Positions 1-25,600 of a DNA stretch of 64,000 nt are shown here, piece by piece. The stretch lies in the NCBI GenBank assembly GCA_976551045.1, contig CDPCPM010000239.1, forward strand, positions 9,424,001 to 9,488,000, given 5' to 3'. A program made the translations under genes and the position numbers. The notes beneath the pieces are model-generated. The model made no database searches. It had not been told where the DNA came from and saw only the letters and a list, made by a program, of their open reading frames with translations. How positions within the stretch are numbered: the stretch's first letter is position 1; every line of letters starts with the position of its first letter. This DNA comes from Glaucostegus cemiculus. Taxonomy: Eukaryota.

Positions 1-122
1 TCAGTGTTTTATTGTACATGTTTTTTTTCTAGACTCAATATGTATTTTCCATAAGAACTTTGTAACCAAGTTCCTTGTTGTTAGAATGATGAGGCAGCAT
101 TGTAGACATTTTTTTCCTTCAG

Positions 123-239
123 GGCGAACTGCTTGCTTACAGCATCTGGAAGATCAGAAGATGAGGAGGCATACCTGGCTAGTTTTGCACACCACTCAGT
201 AGCCTGCTCAAGATTGTTTGCTAGCTCTGTTTTCCTTAA
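123..239 (+). other. Possible 5'UTR exon of TMEM218
   Basis: ttttttccttcag acceptor ending at 122 and aa|gtaatg donor at 240, upstream of the acceptor at 428; no transcript evidence. Confidence 0.3.
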
Positions 240-406
240 GTAATGGTGGGTTGCATAAAGTAGTCTGAGGAAAAAAGAAAGAAAATTTAATTAAAAATAT
301 AATGGAGGAAAAAATAGGAAGCCACTGAAAAGATGCATAACAATTATAGTGAGGCTGGGCTGTAATCATTTATCTACTGACATTTTTGAGTTCTTTCTTG
401 AGCTAA

Positions 407-12896
<12,490 letters not shown>

Positions 12897-13974
12897 GAAG
12901 CAATCCACAGAGTCCCTGGACTCTGTCTGTGTATGAAAGCATTTGTAACTTACTTAAAAGTTTATTTTTGTGAAAACCATGATGTGGATATTGAAATATC
13001 TGTTGAGGAATAACAGACAAACATTAATTCAAATGTAAAACTCTCCTCTTTAAAAGAAAAAAATCCAAATTAACTCTGTTTTTATTTTTCTGCTATTTCC
13101 CAGGGCTCTGTGGTTTCTTTTGGAAAGGAAATGAAAAGATTTTCTTTGAATTGAGCAACATTTCAGTGGAAAAAGAAACTAGTATTGAGGATGTGTATCA
13201 ATTAGGAGAGAATAACTACAAAATCATAGAAATGTCAGCACAAGATAAGACCACTTCTGGGTGATATATACAATCACAAACATTTTTCGATCAGTTTTGT
13301 CCCTCTTTTTCGAATGCATGGTGAGCACAAGTGGTAGTTGGTAGTTGTCCTTCCGTACCAAGTGGCCAGTCATAACACTTGAATCTGAACAATGCTGGCT
13401 CACTGCATTTGGGTAGAAAAGACAAGTCTTATTTACTTTACCCAGGGCTAACATACATTTTCAAGCCGTGCCACTGAATAGTGATCAGGTCTTGGTATTT
13501 TGGTAGACTTTACCTCAAGCCCTGAGATGATGAACAGGGAGACCAGACCAGAAACCGTTTCTGCTCAGCGTTTGAGAATAGTGGATAAATGAGGGACATT
13601 CTTTGTTTCCTTCACTGCAGATTCCAGATATCTAGGTCAGATAAGATGTGGCCTTGCACATAAAAAATCAGAACATATGAGACACATTAAACAGATGTTT
13701 ATGTCTCATCCTGCTTTCTCACAGCTCAATTCGGATTTATTTATGTAATTCTACCTAAGGCACGAATCTGGTGAATCTATATGAAACCACAGAAATTTTG
13801 CAACTTTGGCTTCTACAGCTCTTAAGGATGTTGAGGCAATAGAGCAGACAATGCAGGTTTCCTCTATTGTTGCCTAGTATCTGAACAGAGGAGTGTAAAG
13901 GGTTATTTGCCTGTTTAAAATTATGACTAAACAGAATAGATTAAACAGAAGTAGACTGTTCCCACTAGAAGAGC

Positions 13975-14400
13975 TACTTACTTTTATACAGTGTCCTTAA
14001 CATAGTAAAATGTCCCAAGGCTCTTCAGATATATAGTAACAAAAACAATTGACACCATTGAGTTTGGTCAAAGAGGTAGGTTTTAAGAGCACATTGGAGA
14101 GAAGTAAGGAGGTAGAGAAGTTTAGAGAGTGAATTCATGAACTTGAAGGCGTGGCTGCCAGTGATGAGACAGTTAAGATCACTGACATTCAAGAATGGCA
14201 GATGCCTCAGATAGTTGTAGATCTGGAGATTACAGAGGTAAGGTGGGGTCCTGGAATTATTTGAAAATGAGGATGAGAACGTTAAGATCGAGGTTTTGGG
14301 GAACAGATCAATTGTAAGAGACATAGGATGGAGATTTGCAAGAATTGGGATTGAAACACAGATTGTGGTAACATTTGAGAGTTGAGTCACTGACAGCAGT
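13975..14400 (-). mobile_element. L2-like LINE 3' fragment followed by a CR1 tail
   Basis: Reverse of LKTYLFDQ (ORF 14025..14390) and an L2-type 3' tail (tgtcccaag...). Confidence 0.5.
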
Positions 14401-14882
14401 TAAGTGTTTAGATGAGCACCAGAATTGCTTACGCACAAAGTGCTGGGTGATAGGGTTAACACAGAAGGGTGCCCAACTGGTCGGCATGGCTGAAATGGGC
14501 CAAATGCCCTGTTTTCTATGCTGTACAATTCCATGAAATGGAGCATGCCAGTGCATTGGAATGGCTTGTGTGAACTGATTAGGCCAAACAGTTTTGTTCC
14601 ATATGGTATTAAAAACAAAATCCCTTTCTGTTCTTTCTGGGGAGAAGCAATCTGTCTTTACTAGATGCTGTTCCCCGCTGACAAAGGGGCTGTGTGAGGA
14701 ATGGCTGGTTCACAACAATGAATCACCCTATGGGACAAACCATCTTAAAGATTTTTCACAACAAATTACTTAACATGATTTTTGATATATTGAGAACTTT
14801 TTTTAGATCTTAGATACTTAATATTTTGTAACTATTGTAAATAATCATTTTCTACTATGGTAAATACACCTTTATGTAACTA

Positions 14883-15065
14883 AAATGGAAATGCTGAGTC
14901 AAGCAGCATCCGTGAAAAGAGACACCAGTTAATGTTTCAGGTCAGTGACCCTTCCTCAGAACTGTTCCAAGTTTCTCCTCTGGCTTCTCTTTCCACAGGT
15001 TCTGCTTGACTGGCTGAGTTTTTCAAGCATTTCTGTTTTTGTTTTGGATTCTAGCATCTGCAGTT
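14883..15065. mobile_element. Head-to-head inverted pair of Penelope-type terminal repeats
   Basis: gaaatgctg...tcaagcagcatc arm and tctgcttgact...cagcatttc-like arm are reverse complements. Confidence 0.7.
14926..14964 (-). ncRNA. Minimal type I hammerhead ribozyme motif (best-preserved copy)
   Basis: Minus strand reads CAGUU-CUGAGGA-AGGGUCACUGACCU-GAAA-C-AUU-AACUG: 5-bp stem I, stem II, full CUGANGA/GAAA core. Confidence 0.65.
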
Positions 15066-15260
15066 TAATTTGTTTTCCATTTCAGCTTTATATATGCTTG
15101 TTAAAAAAATTAAAGTGCAGACAACTCAGTGCATTACGAAATCTTTAAATAAAAAAAAGCTGTTTAAGCTCCCACATCTGAGCCTGACACTTGTGAATTC
15201 CGTGGAATTTGCAGCTTCCTTTCCCTGTAGGTCCATTGACGTTCGATGAAGAATGTGACA

Positions 15261-15286
15261 CTAGGTGGCATTGCAATGCCACCTAG
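15261..15286. repeat. Perfect 26-bp palindrome CTAGGTGGCATTG|CAATGCCACCTAG with CTCF-like half-sites
   Basis: Direct inspection; each arm resembles the CTCF core CCACTAGGTGGCA. Confidence 0.8.
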
Positions 15287-15869
15287 AGACCAAAATTAAG
15301 AACTGTACCTGCATAATATTGTGCAGTTGTAGCTGAAAAATAGGAAGAATGGAAACAAATTTCTAAACGAAAGCCATAAAAGTAAATGAAGCATGAAAGA
15401 ATAAAGATAAATCAAGGGAAAGAAATATAATGCATATGTTGTGCTGTCACACACTATAGCAATTCTGTATAATAATTATAGCTAAATTTAATATAGATGG
15501 GACAGATTTATTCTGCCGTATGTGATTAGGTATTCTTCCTATATGATTGATTCTCTTCCTGATATGTCCTTTCCCTCAAGTGCCACAGAGCACAGCAAAC
15601 TAACTTAAAACAAGCAGGAAACAATCAAATATCACAATGTTAAATGTAAATGTGCATAGTGCGTAGTCTGTAAGGTTTTCCTGAAGTATTTGCATAATAA
15701 AGTGTATAAATTTTCTATGTATAATTCAGTTTTTCAAGTTTTTCCCCTTCTTTGACACAGTGATAGAAATGTAAATGGAACTGAAGTACAGAGCAACCAT
15801 GATCTAATTAAATGGATTGAGGGAGTGAATAGCCTCTCACCGAGTGTAAGATTACTGATAGCAGGGAAA

Positions 15870-16990
15870 TCAGTATGAGGGAATGCTGTGATGATGATAT
15901 TTGGATTTAGCAGCAGTATATAGACAGGTCAAGTGATTGGGCAAAAAAACTGGCCAATAAAGGAATGTGTAGGGCCATGTACTTTTGTAGGAGGAATCAA
16001 AAGGTAGACTATTATCTAAATGGAGAGAGACTGCAAATTAGTGGAGTAATCAGGGATCTCGTACATTTAAGCATAAAAAGTTAGCATTAAGGTACAACAA
16101 GTGATTAAGACCACAACTGAGTCCTTTATTGCAAGGAGGTTCATGTTTAAAAACAGACAAATAATGTTTCAATTGTACAGGGTGTTGGTGAAGCTAAAGT
16201 TGGAATACTGTGAATAGTTTTGGTCATTTGTAGAGTAATACAGCATGGAAACAGGCCCTTCAGTCCACATATCCACACCAACAATCATTCACCCATTCAT
16301 ACCAATCCTACGGTAATCCCATTTTGTTCTCCCCACATTCCCATCAACTCCCCCCAGCTTCTACCCCTCACCTACACACTAGGGAACAACTTACAGTTGC
16401 CAGTTAAGCTGCCGACCCAAACGTCTTTGGGATGTGGGAGGAAATCCACAAGGTCACAGGGAGAATGTGCAAACTCCACACAGACAACATTGGAGATCAG
16501 GATCGAACCTAGCTCTACCAGCTGTGCCATGGTAGAGGATGTATTAGATTGGAGGCAGTCCTGAAGAGATTCACTAGTCTAGTTCCTAGGATGAGAGGGT
16601 TGTCCTATCACAAATGGCCAAATATAAGGTTAGATATATAGTCTCTGTAGTTTAGAGATGGTGGTTGATCTTATTGAAACAAAAGATCATAAGGGGGCAT
16701 GAGAAGGTAGATGTTGAGATGTTTCCTCCAGTGGACAGTCTTGAATGAGGGGTAGCTGTTAGAAGATAAGGGACAGTCATTTAAAACTGACGTACGTAGG
16801 AATTTCTTCGTGGAATTCTCTACCCTGAAGGTGCTGGCTAGATCACTGGAGATATATAAAAAGGAGGTAAGTAGATTTTTGAAAGCAGAGGATCAAGGGA
16901 ACATGGAACTGACACAGGAAAGTAGTTGAGGCCTTGGGCAGATCAGCCATGAAGATATTGAATGTTAGCCTGCTCCTGCTCCTATTTTCT
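15870..16990 (+). mobile_element. Old CR1 3' region interrupted by a V-SINE
   Basis: Degenerate YRVLVK.KLEYC, RFTSLVPRMRGLSY, DLIE and the cagccatga..attgaatg CR1 tail. Confidence 0.6.
16223..16530 (-). mobile_element. V-domain SINE with CR1-type tail
   Basis: gggatgtgggaggaaa...cacagggagaatgtgcaaactcc core; tail tagagtaatacagcatggaaacaggccct. Confidence 0.75.
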
Positions 16991-17994
16991 TGTGGTCCAT
17001 CACTTTTGCTTGGTGTTTAGGGCTGCTGCTTTTGTGTCAGAAAGGTGTGATTCCCAGACTTTATCACTCAAGTTAATGCTCGAGGTATCTGAGTGAATAT
17101 AGCACTGTTGTTCTACTTTAAATGAGGGATCAAAATAGCACTGATCTACTAAGGTATCGACTGGGAGCCAGTTACACTGTTCAAAGGACAATATGTTTTC
17201 CTGATGTCATGGCAAAGTTATTTCTGCAACCAGTACAATTAAACTGAAAAGCAAATAATACAGACTTTGTAAATCTGAAATAAAACATAAAATGGTGGAA
17301 ATCCTCAACATGTCAGGCAGCATCTGTGGTGAAAGCAATTAAAACCAGGTGTACTGTTCAGGAATCACATTCCTATTTGCATTATCTTACTTGCAGAATG
17401 GCTGCTGCAACAATTTGGCCTGTGTTACAACAAGCATCACATTTCGAGGTAAATTATAGAAAGTGATCTGTTGAAACATTTACGAGGACATTCAACCCAT
17501 CACATCTATGTCAATCTTAGTTTAAACAATCCAGATCTAATCCTGCTGCCCAGTAGTCTCTCCATTGAGCTCCTATTATGCATTGCTTTAAATATTTATA
17601 CACTTTCCCTTCTTTCCCTTTCAAGGGTGCAATATTCTCTGGCTCAGCTAGTACCCATGACAAGGATTTCATGCTCCTACTGTGCAGAAAGAAAGCTGTA
17701 CTAACCTTTCCTCATTCATTTAGTGACAGCTTTAAATTAGTACTCACCCATTATTGATTCTCCAACCAGAAGACATAGTTTGATTCATGCTATCAAACAC
17801 AACTTAATTTAAAAAGTCATCATTAAATATCCTCTTGACCTTTTTATCTGGAAGTGAATGAGATCTGACATTATAAATAAGGGGTTAGTGGAGGCAAGCT
17901 GAGGATTTAGACTGTCAGTTGTGAACACTGAATGGTAATGCAGGCTCAGGAGGTTATATGGTCTACTTTTGCAGCTGTTCCTTAAATTTAAAAA

Positions 17995-18340
17995 ATGAGA
18001 GCTTATATTGCTACCTTTGACAACGTCTGGATGTCCCAACTCATTTTGGTTTCTATGGTATATAATCACCATGGCCAATGTAGTCAATTTTTGCACAGCA
18101 AGCTCCCAGACACAACAGTGCTTTCATGACAATGTTTTTAGTGATATTGGTTGAAGGACAAATATTGAGCACAACAATATGGATAACTTGCCCTTTGATA
18201 GCATCCATGAGATCTTTTACGTTCATTGGAAATAGCAGGCAGGATCTTGGTTTAATATCTCATCTGAAAGACAGCCCTTTCAGGTGAGATATTAAACCAA
18301 GTAACAGTGTATGGCTAGATATTTGTACTTAAGTCTATTC
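17995..18340 (-). mobile_element. Deu-domain SINE (SacSINE1-like) with L2-type tail
   Basis: Reverse of cagatgagatattaaacc...gtaaaagatctcatgg Deu motif; related to 26235-26640. Confidence 0.6.
18246..18302. repeat. 25-bp stem hairpin (57 nt) inside the Deu-SINE
   Basis: CTTGGTTTAATATCTCATCTGAAAG-acagccc-TTTTCAGGTGAGATATTAAACCAAG; only G:U departures from Watson-Crick pairing on the + strand. Confidence 0.85.
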
Positions 18341-18569
18341 CATCTGGAAAATGTCTAGGTCATCATTTTAATTTCACATTGGGTAAATCATTTTACTTAC
18401 TGGACTACTGGATGAATGTCCACCAGCCAATTGTGAACCTTGTTTGAATGGTGAATACAGTATCTCTGATTAGTACTGATTTTGTTCTGGGAGTGGAGGA
18501 CATACCTAGCTTGACTTGCTCAGCATTTCTTACTGCTCTGCATTTCACACTCTTACATACTTTTGTCTA

Positions 18570-18830
18570 TGTGTTTTTGTCTCTCTAGCTGCTCCAATTC
18601 AACCATTGGCCAAATCACCTTGTTTACAGCTTATCCCCATGGTCACATTGGTTTTACCCTATCAGAGACGCCCCTCTTCCCCCACCATCCCTGCAGTTTA
18701 ACAAGCGTCCTTATGTCTCCTTCCCAGTTCTGATAAAAGGTCTTTGACCAGAAACATTAACTCTGTTTCTCTTTCTATGGATACTGCCTGGTCTGCTGAG
18801 TATTTCCTACATTTTCTGTTTCTTATATTA
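18570..18830 (+). mobile_element. Penelope-type terminal repeat with hammerhead remnant
   Basis: cagttCTGATAAaaggtctttgaccaGAAAcattaact at 18725-18762. Confidence 0.6.
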
Positions 18831-19180
18831 AATCTGGCGTCCTTTTTCACAGGAACAACTAAAATCACTGGTTAAAAAGAAAATCACCACTGATAATTTA
18901 TGTGACAGCAGACATGTGGTGTAACCATCCTGCAGCATTTAATGTCTTTCATTCCAACACCTCTGTACCTCATCTCTTTGGTAACTGCCCTTGCATTGGT
19001 GTGCTACAGTTCTAAATGTGTCCAGCATTTTTGTTTCAGCAACAGCTTCTCTTTCTTCTCCTGCTACCGCCCTTTCCATTGTACCACAAGGTGTCTTTCT
19101 TGCCTCACTTCCCTTCATCAAGTGTCCTTCAGTGTCATCATCCAGAGGCAAGAGGTCAGTATTTTTTGCTTGTGGGGTAA

Positions 19181-19322
19181 GCCTGATGCAGGGTTTCGAC
19201 CTGAAATGTTGACAATTCCTCTCTCACCCCCGACCCCCACAGATGCTGCTCGAACTGCTGAGTTCCTCCAGCAGAATGTCTTCTTGCTCCAGATCCCTGC
19301 ATCTGCAGCCTCTTGTGTCACC
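19181..19322 (+). mobile_element. Penelope-type terminal repeat, CTGATGC subfamily
   Basis: cCTGATGCagggtttcgacctGAAAtgttgac...gatgctgctcgaactgctgagttcctccagcag. Confidence 0.7.
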
Positions 19323-19772
19323 TCTCAATTCTGCAACCACTTTTGCACTGCTGGTCTGTGTGGATGAACAGGAGGTCACTCTAATATCAGAAGGGTCTAA
19401 GTCAATGCATTCGGCCCCTGTTAAAATCTCTCAGCTCTTTCCACTGATCATAAGACCCCCAATGTTAACCTAGAGATGGGAACTGAATGTGTGAGTGCAA
19501 CACCATGTGAGCTGACTCTGTCAGCCTAATAGATTTCAACAGGCTTGGTGTTAATTAATTAATGCTTTTTGACGTCATGTCAGGATTTTAGGTCTGAGAG
19601 CATTCCAATGTCTTTTTCAAATCTGAATCCAACTATGCAAAGAAGGGAATATATAGATATAGAAACTAGAATAAGATATCTGTTAAGTGGGTAGAAATAG
19701 GGAAAGTAATTTTCCCTGATTCTCTGATGCCTTCCCAAAGGTCTTTGTAAGGACCAGGAGGGTGTGCAGGAA

Positions 19773-20170
19773 GGGTGGCACAGTGGTACAACTAGTAGAG
19801 CCACTGTCTAGAGATCCAGCACACCGGATCTACTGCAGCACCAGAGACATCACTCCTGACCTTGGGCACTGTCTTCCTGGAGTTTGCACCTTCTTCCTGG
19901 GATTGTGTGGGTTTCCTTTGGGAGTTCTGGTTTCATCCAGAGACGTGCAGGCTGGTAGGTTAATTGGTTACCGTAAATTGCACCCCTCCCATCCCAAGCC
20001 GTGTGTGTGTACTTGAGTGGTAGAATCTGGGGGGAGTTAATGGGAATGTGGGGAGAATAAAACAAAGGGGTTAATGTAGGATTTGTGTAAATATGTGGTC
20101 GATGGTTAGTGAAATGTCCATGGGCCAAAGGACCTGTTTTGCAGCTGTATCCCTCTATCATTCTATAACT
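19773..20170 (+). mobile_element. V-domain SINE, near full length, CR1-type tail
   Basis: tRNA-like head gggtggcacagtggt, core gtgtgggtttcc, tail gggccaaaggacctgtt...ctgtatccctctat. Confidence 0.8.
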
Positions 20171-22574
20171 TTTCCTCAAAGGTGGAAGTTGTTCCCAATA
20201 AGGCAGTCTGGAAGGGGGAAATGAGCAGCAGGAGTTTGATCCTGATGCTATGAATCCAGCACAACGAGCGTTTCAAGGACGTGTCTAGGTCAGGAAAGAT
20301 CTCTACTCACCTGTGTTTACTCCTCTGCTCTAACACCCCTCCATCTATTCCCTCTTGTCCCCCTTGGGCTATTCATTCTTCTCCCCCTTAAGATTAATTA
20401 GCAGAGTTCAATGACTCCTAATGACATCTTCCCCATGCTCACCTCCTGTTCTTGCTTCTGCTGCAGCAACACACCATCCCATAAGACCTGCTTAGCCTAC
20501 ACTCAATCCAGCCAAACCTTCGCAATTTGCCTGTAACCAATTCCCAAGAAAGCACAGGATCCCTAACTCTTTCTAAATCTTCCAGATCCTATCTTCTTCC
20601 TTCCACTGTATGAGAAAACATGCATCCTTGCCAGCCACCCTTAGAACTACTCCATCCCCATTTTGGGGGAAGAAACTGTAAAGTTCGGACCAGACACGAT
20701 GAAGTGATCCCACAAAGATTCTGGAGCCAAGCAGTCCCTACAAACCCTTTGGTGGTTGTGATGCTGTTGCCCATCAGAGTGAGATTGAAGCCTTCTCTTC
20801 AGCTTCACTTCTCCATATTCTGTACCTTTTACCCGTTATTTTGTTTATGGACTATTGATTTGCTGTTTCTCAATACATAAATTTCAAAATTCCTTTTCAA
20901 TAAATTGCCTAATAATATTGCTCATCTTGCTACCAAGACTCCCTCCTCCTCATTGTTTGAATTCTGGCCCTCTGTGCACCTCTGTTCTCTCCAGGTTGAA
21001 TGAAAGCATCAATCTGAAACTTTAACTTTGTATTTCTCTCCACAAATAGTGGCTGACTTGTTGAGAATTTCCAGCACCCCCTGTTTTTATTTCAGATTCT
21101 CAACATCTGCATTATTGGCCCATCCTCTCCATTCCAGAACTGGTGGCAGAACTTTCAGTTCTGTTTGTACGTCAATGTCTGCCACTCCCTGCAACTAAAT
21201 AAACCCAACTTTTAGGAGCTTTTTCAAAACATGCCTATTCAGTTTTGCCTTTGGCAGGTTTATTATCCTCCAACTCATGAATCATTTTCACCCTTGTAAA
21301 AGTACAATGGGACCACCATCTGGGTTAAAGGCAAAACCCTAACGACATAATTGAGATTAACTTCAAATGAAGGGCATGGATATTATACATTATCTTGTGA
21401 AATAGCAGAAGTTTACTAAACAAAGAAAACAGTATTGCTTATGACAGGTGTCTAGAAAGCCATGGTGCCCTTTTGCTACTTAGTCTGGTTCTGGGCAAGG
21501 TACTGCAGTTAGTAGCTGCAAAATATATTAAAAACTATTCTGCTGAGCTCTAAATTCAGCTGTGGAGTGACAAACGTCTGTCCCCAGTCTCTCAGATTTG
21601 TTCAAAATTCCTGTTTTCATTAATTGGGTATGTTAGATATTTTATAAGCCACTAAGAGGGCAGGGATCAGCTTTGTACTGCTGTGAAGTTTTCACAGACA
21701 CAGTTTTTGTTCTGATTTATTGTATCATTATGGGAATCACCTCTCATTAAAATTGCCACTGCTCCTTTGTATAGCCTTAAGGCAGTGTCTTAGATTGTTT
21801 AACAGAGCAACTTGTGGAATATTATATGTTGAAAGGGGGTAATGTTTGCTTTGGGTGTATGTTATCAAGAGTTTAACTCTATTCCCCTCATTTACCCCAC
21901 TCTACAATGATCTTTCACTCACCAAAGCCTTAGTCTTTGGAACTCTATCCTCCACCATCTCTTGCTCCTCCCCCCCCACCCATCCTCCCTTTGATCACAC
22001 CTCTCCCCAAGCCAGTTTACTTTGTTGTCTACCATCATTCCTGTGAAAGGCAGAAATTATTTATTTGATTTTGAATTCATCCCAATCTTTCCAGTCTCCT
22101 GTGCTTGCCATTGCTAATAACCTCCTGTTTGCTCCTTTCATTCTTTCCATTACAACGTTGTGCGTATTTCAGATATATCACTGACTGCAGTTAGGATGTG
22201 AAAGCATTATGTAATTACAAATCTCTTTTTCAGTAATATGTATTGTTATATCTGAGGTTACAATCTGTTCGGAACACACAGGACTTCTAGGTCATCTATC
22301 TAACGTAAGAACTACTTTTCAGGAAGGGTTGCTACAGTGATGACATTGGTTAATTAAAGCAAATTGGCTGCCATGGCGAGCTACATCAAGTAAATTATTG
22401 GACGTGATATGCTTTGCGAACATTGCATTATATGATATATGGCAAGATATAAAGGATAATTAAATAAACACATGGGGAGAAAGCAGAAGGTTATGCTGAT
22501 AAGGTGAGATGAAATGCAGAAGGAAGGGTTCCACGTAAAGCATAATTTCCAACACAGACCGGTTAGCATGAATA

Positions 22575-22680
22575 TTAAATCAAAGCAGAAAATGCTGGAA
22601 ACAGTTTGCAGGTTAGGCAGCAACTGTGGAAGGAGAAAGAGAGTTAATGTCTCAGGGCAAAGGCCCTTCTCCAGAACTGA
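22575..22680 (-). mobile_element. Penelope-type terminal repeat with hammerhead remnant
   Basis: Minus strand cagtt-CTGGAGA-agggc-cttt-gccct-GAGA-c-att-aactc. Confidence 0.6.
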
Positions 22681-25600
22681 ATGCAATGTTTTGGTTCTGT
22701 GTAATTATGAGGCATAACTACAACACATCATAACTACCACCAGACCACGGGGTGGAAAGGTTTGGGGAGAAAAGTTAAATTTTGAATAAGAGCATGAAAG
22801 CTGATCCTTGTTCCTCATCTCAGCCAACAGTGCAGCACTATGTAACTGCAAGTGAGACGCTACCAGAAGGTGAATCAACCACATCTACTGTACTGAATGT
22901 TATGATGCTTAGATATGGAAAGAGATTGATGTGGATCTGGGATCTCCCCTTTCAATTACAGGAAATAAATTGTGGTTATTATTTCATGTGTATGTTGGGA
23001 GAAGGGATGGTGGTGGCTGCAAGCAGATTGATTGGGGTGGTGGAAGACAATATTAAAACAAAAATAAGTGCATAACTGTCATCAGGAACTAAGTAGTTTT
23101 CATTCTGAGGATTGAAAACAAAACAAAAATGTAATAGCTCCTATCTGTGGATTCCCAAGTACTTCATTCTTTAAATTCCGTATGGGTTTCCCAAGTTTGC
23201 CATTTTGAAAAAATAAAAATGTACAGTGCACTTTTCAGCCCAGGGTGCCCCAGTGTTCTATAGTTAATGTAATAATTTTGTAGTCACAGTTATAGTGCAT
23301 GTAGCCAACAGCCAATTTGTGCACATCAGGCTCCCAAAATTAACAATGTGGGAACAACAAGATAACCTAGTTCTAGTGATATTGGCTAAGGGACAAACTA
23401 CTGCCACAGGATTTTTTTTAATATCCATTTACGCGGACAGACAGAAACAACATGGTACTTCCTCAGCCCTGCACTGCAATATTAGAACTAGAAGCAGGAG
23501 TCGGCCACTCGATCCCTTGTGTCTGCTTTTCATTCAGTAAGATCACAGCTGATATTTTACTTCAGGACCACTTTGCCGCAGTAGTACCATCTCACTTGAT
23601 TCTCTTAACATCAAAAAATCTGCACTAAAGAGTCAACTGAACCTTTGTACTCAAATTTTAGGAATGAGACCTGAGTGCACAACCTTCTGTCAGGAAAGGG
23701 AATTCCATATCGCAGAACCTCTGAGTCTGTGAACATGTTTCTTTGATAACAGTGATGACTATTGACACTTCACCATTGACTGAAATATTAACCATTACTG
23801 TCCTTCTATTTATTTCAACACTATCCAGCATCAACCAACCTCTCTTCCACTGGTGACATGGTGAGCTTTGATTTCTCCAGTGGTCTCTTTGGCAACTGTT
23901 CAAATTTCATCCTCCACCAAATGCAACTCATTTAAAATAAATTGTCTACTGAACCTCTTATGTTATGCCCCTAATGTCCAAGCCAGACTGACTCCGGAAG
24001 TCCTAGACTCCCAAGTCTCTGCTTTCCAAGTCTACATCTTCATTCTAAAATTCCTGCATGAATTTTTTCTACTTTGCTTCAAAGGATATGTTTTAAAGAA
24101 ACTAGCTAATGTGAAACAAAGATGGCCAAATAATTGCAGGATCCATCAATTAAAAAGGCATTACTTTTCATCTTTTGTTAAAATCTTTTTTTTCTTGTGC
24201 AGTTCAAGAAGATTCTCAGGGAAGGGAATAATAAATGCAACATAATAATCTGTGGGCTTTGGTTAAGTGTACCATAATTCTGTTCTAAACACAAATTGCA
24301 AGCCAATTGCTAAGTAAATGCCTGCAGCAATAGGGGCAGATGTTATCAGTCAATCATAGTGCCTGATTTGGGAGACAAGAAGATGCTGTGGGATAACGCT
24401 GGAAAATTAATGAGCAGTTAATGATGACAGCTAGTTAGTACATTCTGTTCAGTACATGAATTGCCAATATCTAATTTCAAATGTGAATATGAATGCACTA
24501 AAATTATAGAATTTATTGCTGTTCTGTGACCATCATAAGAGGATCACAGTTCTGATTTTTGTAAAATACCAAGTATAATTTGTTTCTGCTTGCTATAGGG
24601 AAGCCATTCACTCATCATCAAAGTACAAGGTTTGTTTTAATTACCTGATAGCAATTCAAAGTCTGTAATCAGATTTTCAAATTGATTAATTATGAAGGCT
24701 CACAAAACAGAACTTTACATTTAGTGCTGGCTCAGATCCTTGTGTTCTACATTTGCAGTTGTTGAATGAAGAAATTCAATTGATAAAGCAGATTTAAAGA
24801 AGTCGCATTCTGCTGGAGTTCTACAAGCTAGACCTGAGGCTTAAAGCCAATTTGGAAAATGCATCCATAGAACATAAAAGTCTCAGTGCAAAGTTTGGAA
24901 AATCTCATTAATCTTAGTAACATGAAAGCACATTTTAAAGAAAGGATTGTGTTTACATTAGAAATCAGTTGACCAGTCTGTCGGCAGAGGTATTGGACTT
25001 TGATCTCATCACACTGCAGAGAAATGATAGAGCTCAACATCATTTATATCTAATGCACTTCAATGTCAACATCATTGAAAAATCTTCCACTTTAATCCAA
25101 ATTAAGCTCTGGATAGTGTACGGGGTAACACTTTGATTACCTTATTTCCGATTCCATTATGTTTTCAGAGTTATTACACCCACAAGGAGATTTCACATTA
25201 TGAATGAAGTACCATGGAAAAAGACCAGTGAAACTATAATTCCATAATTCACCACAGATGTCCCAGTAGTGTTCCGTGCACATCATTAACCATTTTACTG
25301 ATATTACTGCGGAAAATAGGCAAATCGCTCCCGGATGCAGGTAATTTAGAAACAACATGATTGGGGTTATTGCTGTTTTACTCGAAACTTTAAAGGAAAT
25401 ATTCCGAAATGAACAGAGCAGAGGGAGCAATTGGGGCACCAGGATGGCCATTGGTACCTCTGAGCAGTAAGAAATTTCTGTGTCAAATTGCTGATCAGTG
25501 ACCCCTGCTGAAACAGTGCTTGTGTGGCCATTCGGTGATGACAGGGCTCAGCTTGGTTGTGATGCTTTCAGCAGTCCAATAGTCTACCATTTCCTCCAAG

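Noticed and set aside
25169-25339. Exon-like segment (ttttcag| ... CAG|gtaatt)
   Set aside because: Stops in all three frames and no recognisable homology; at most non-coding.
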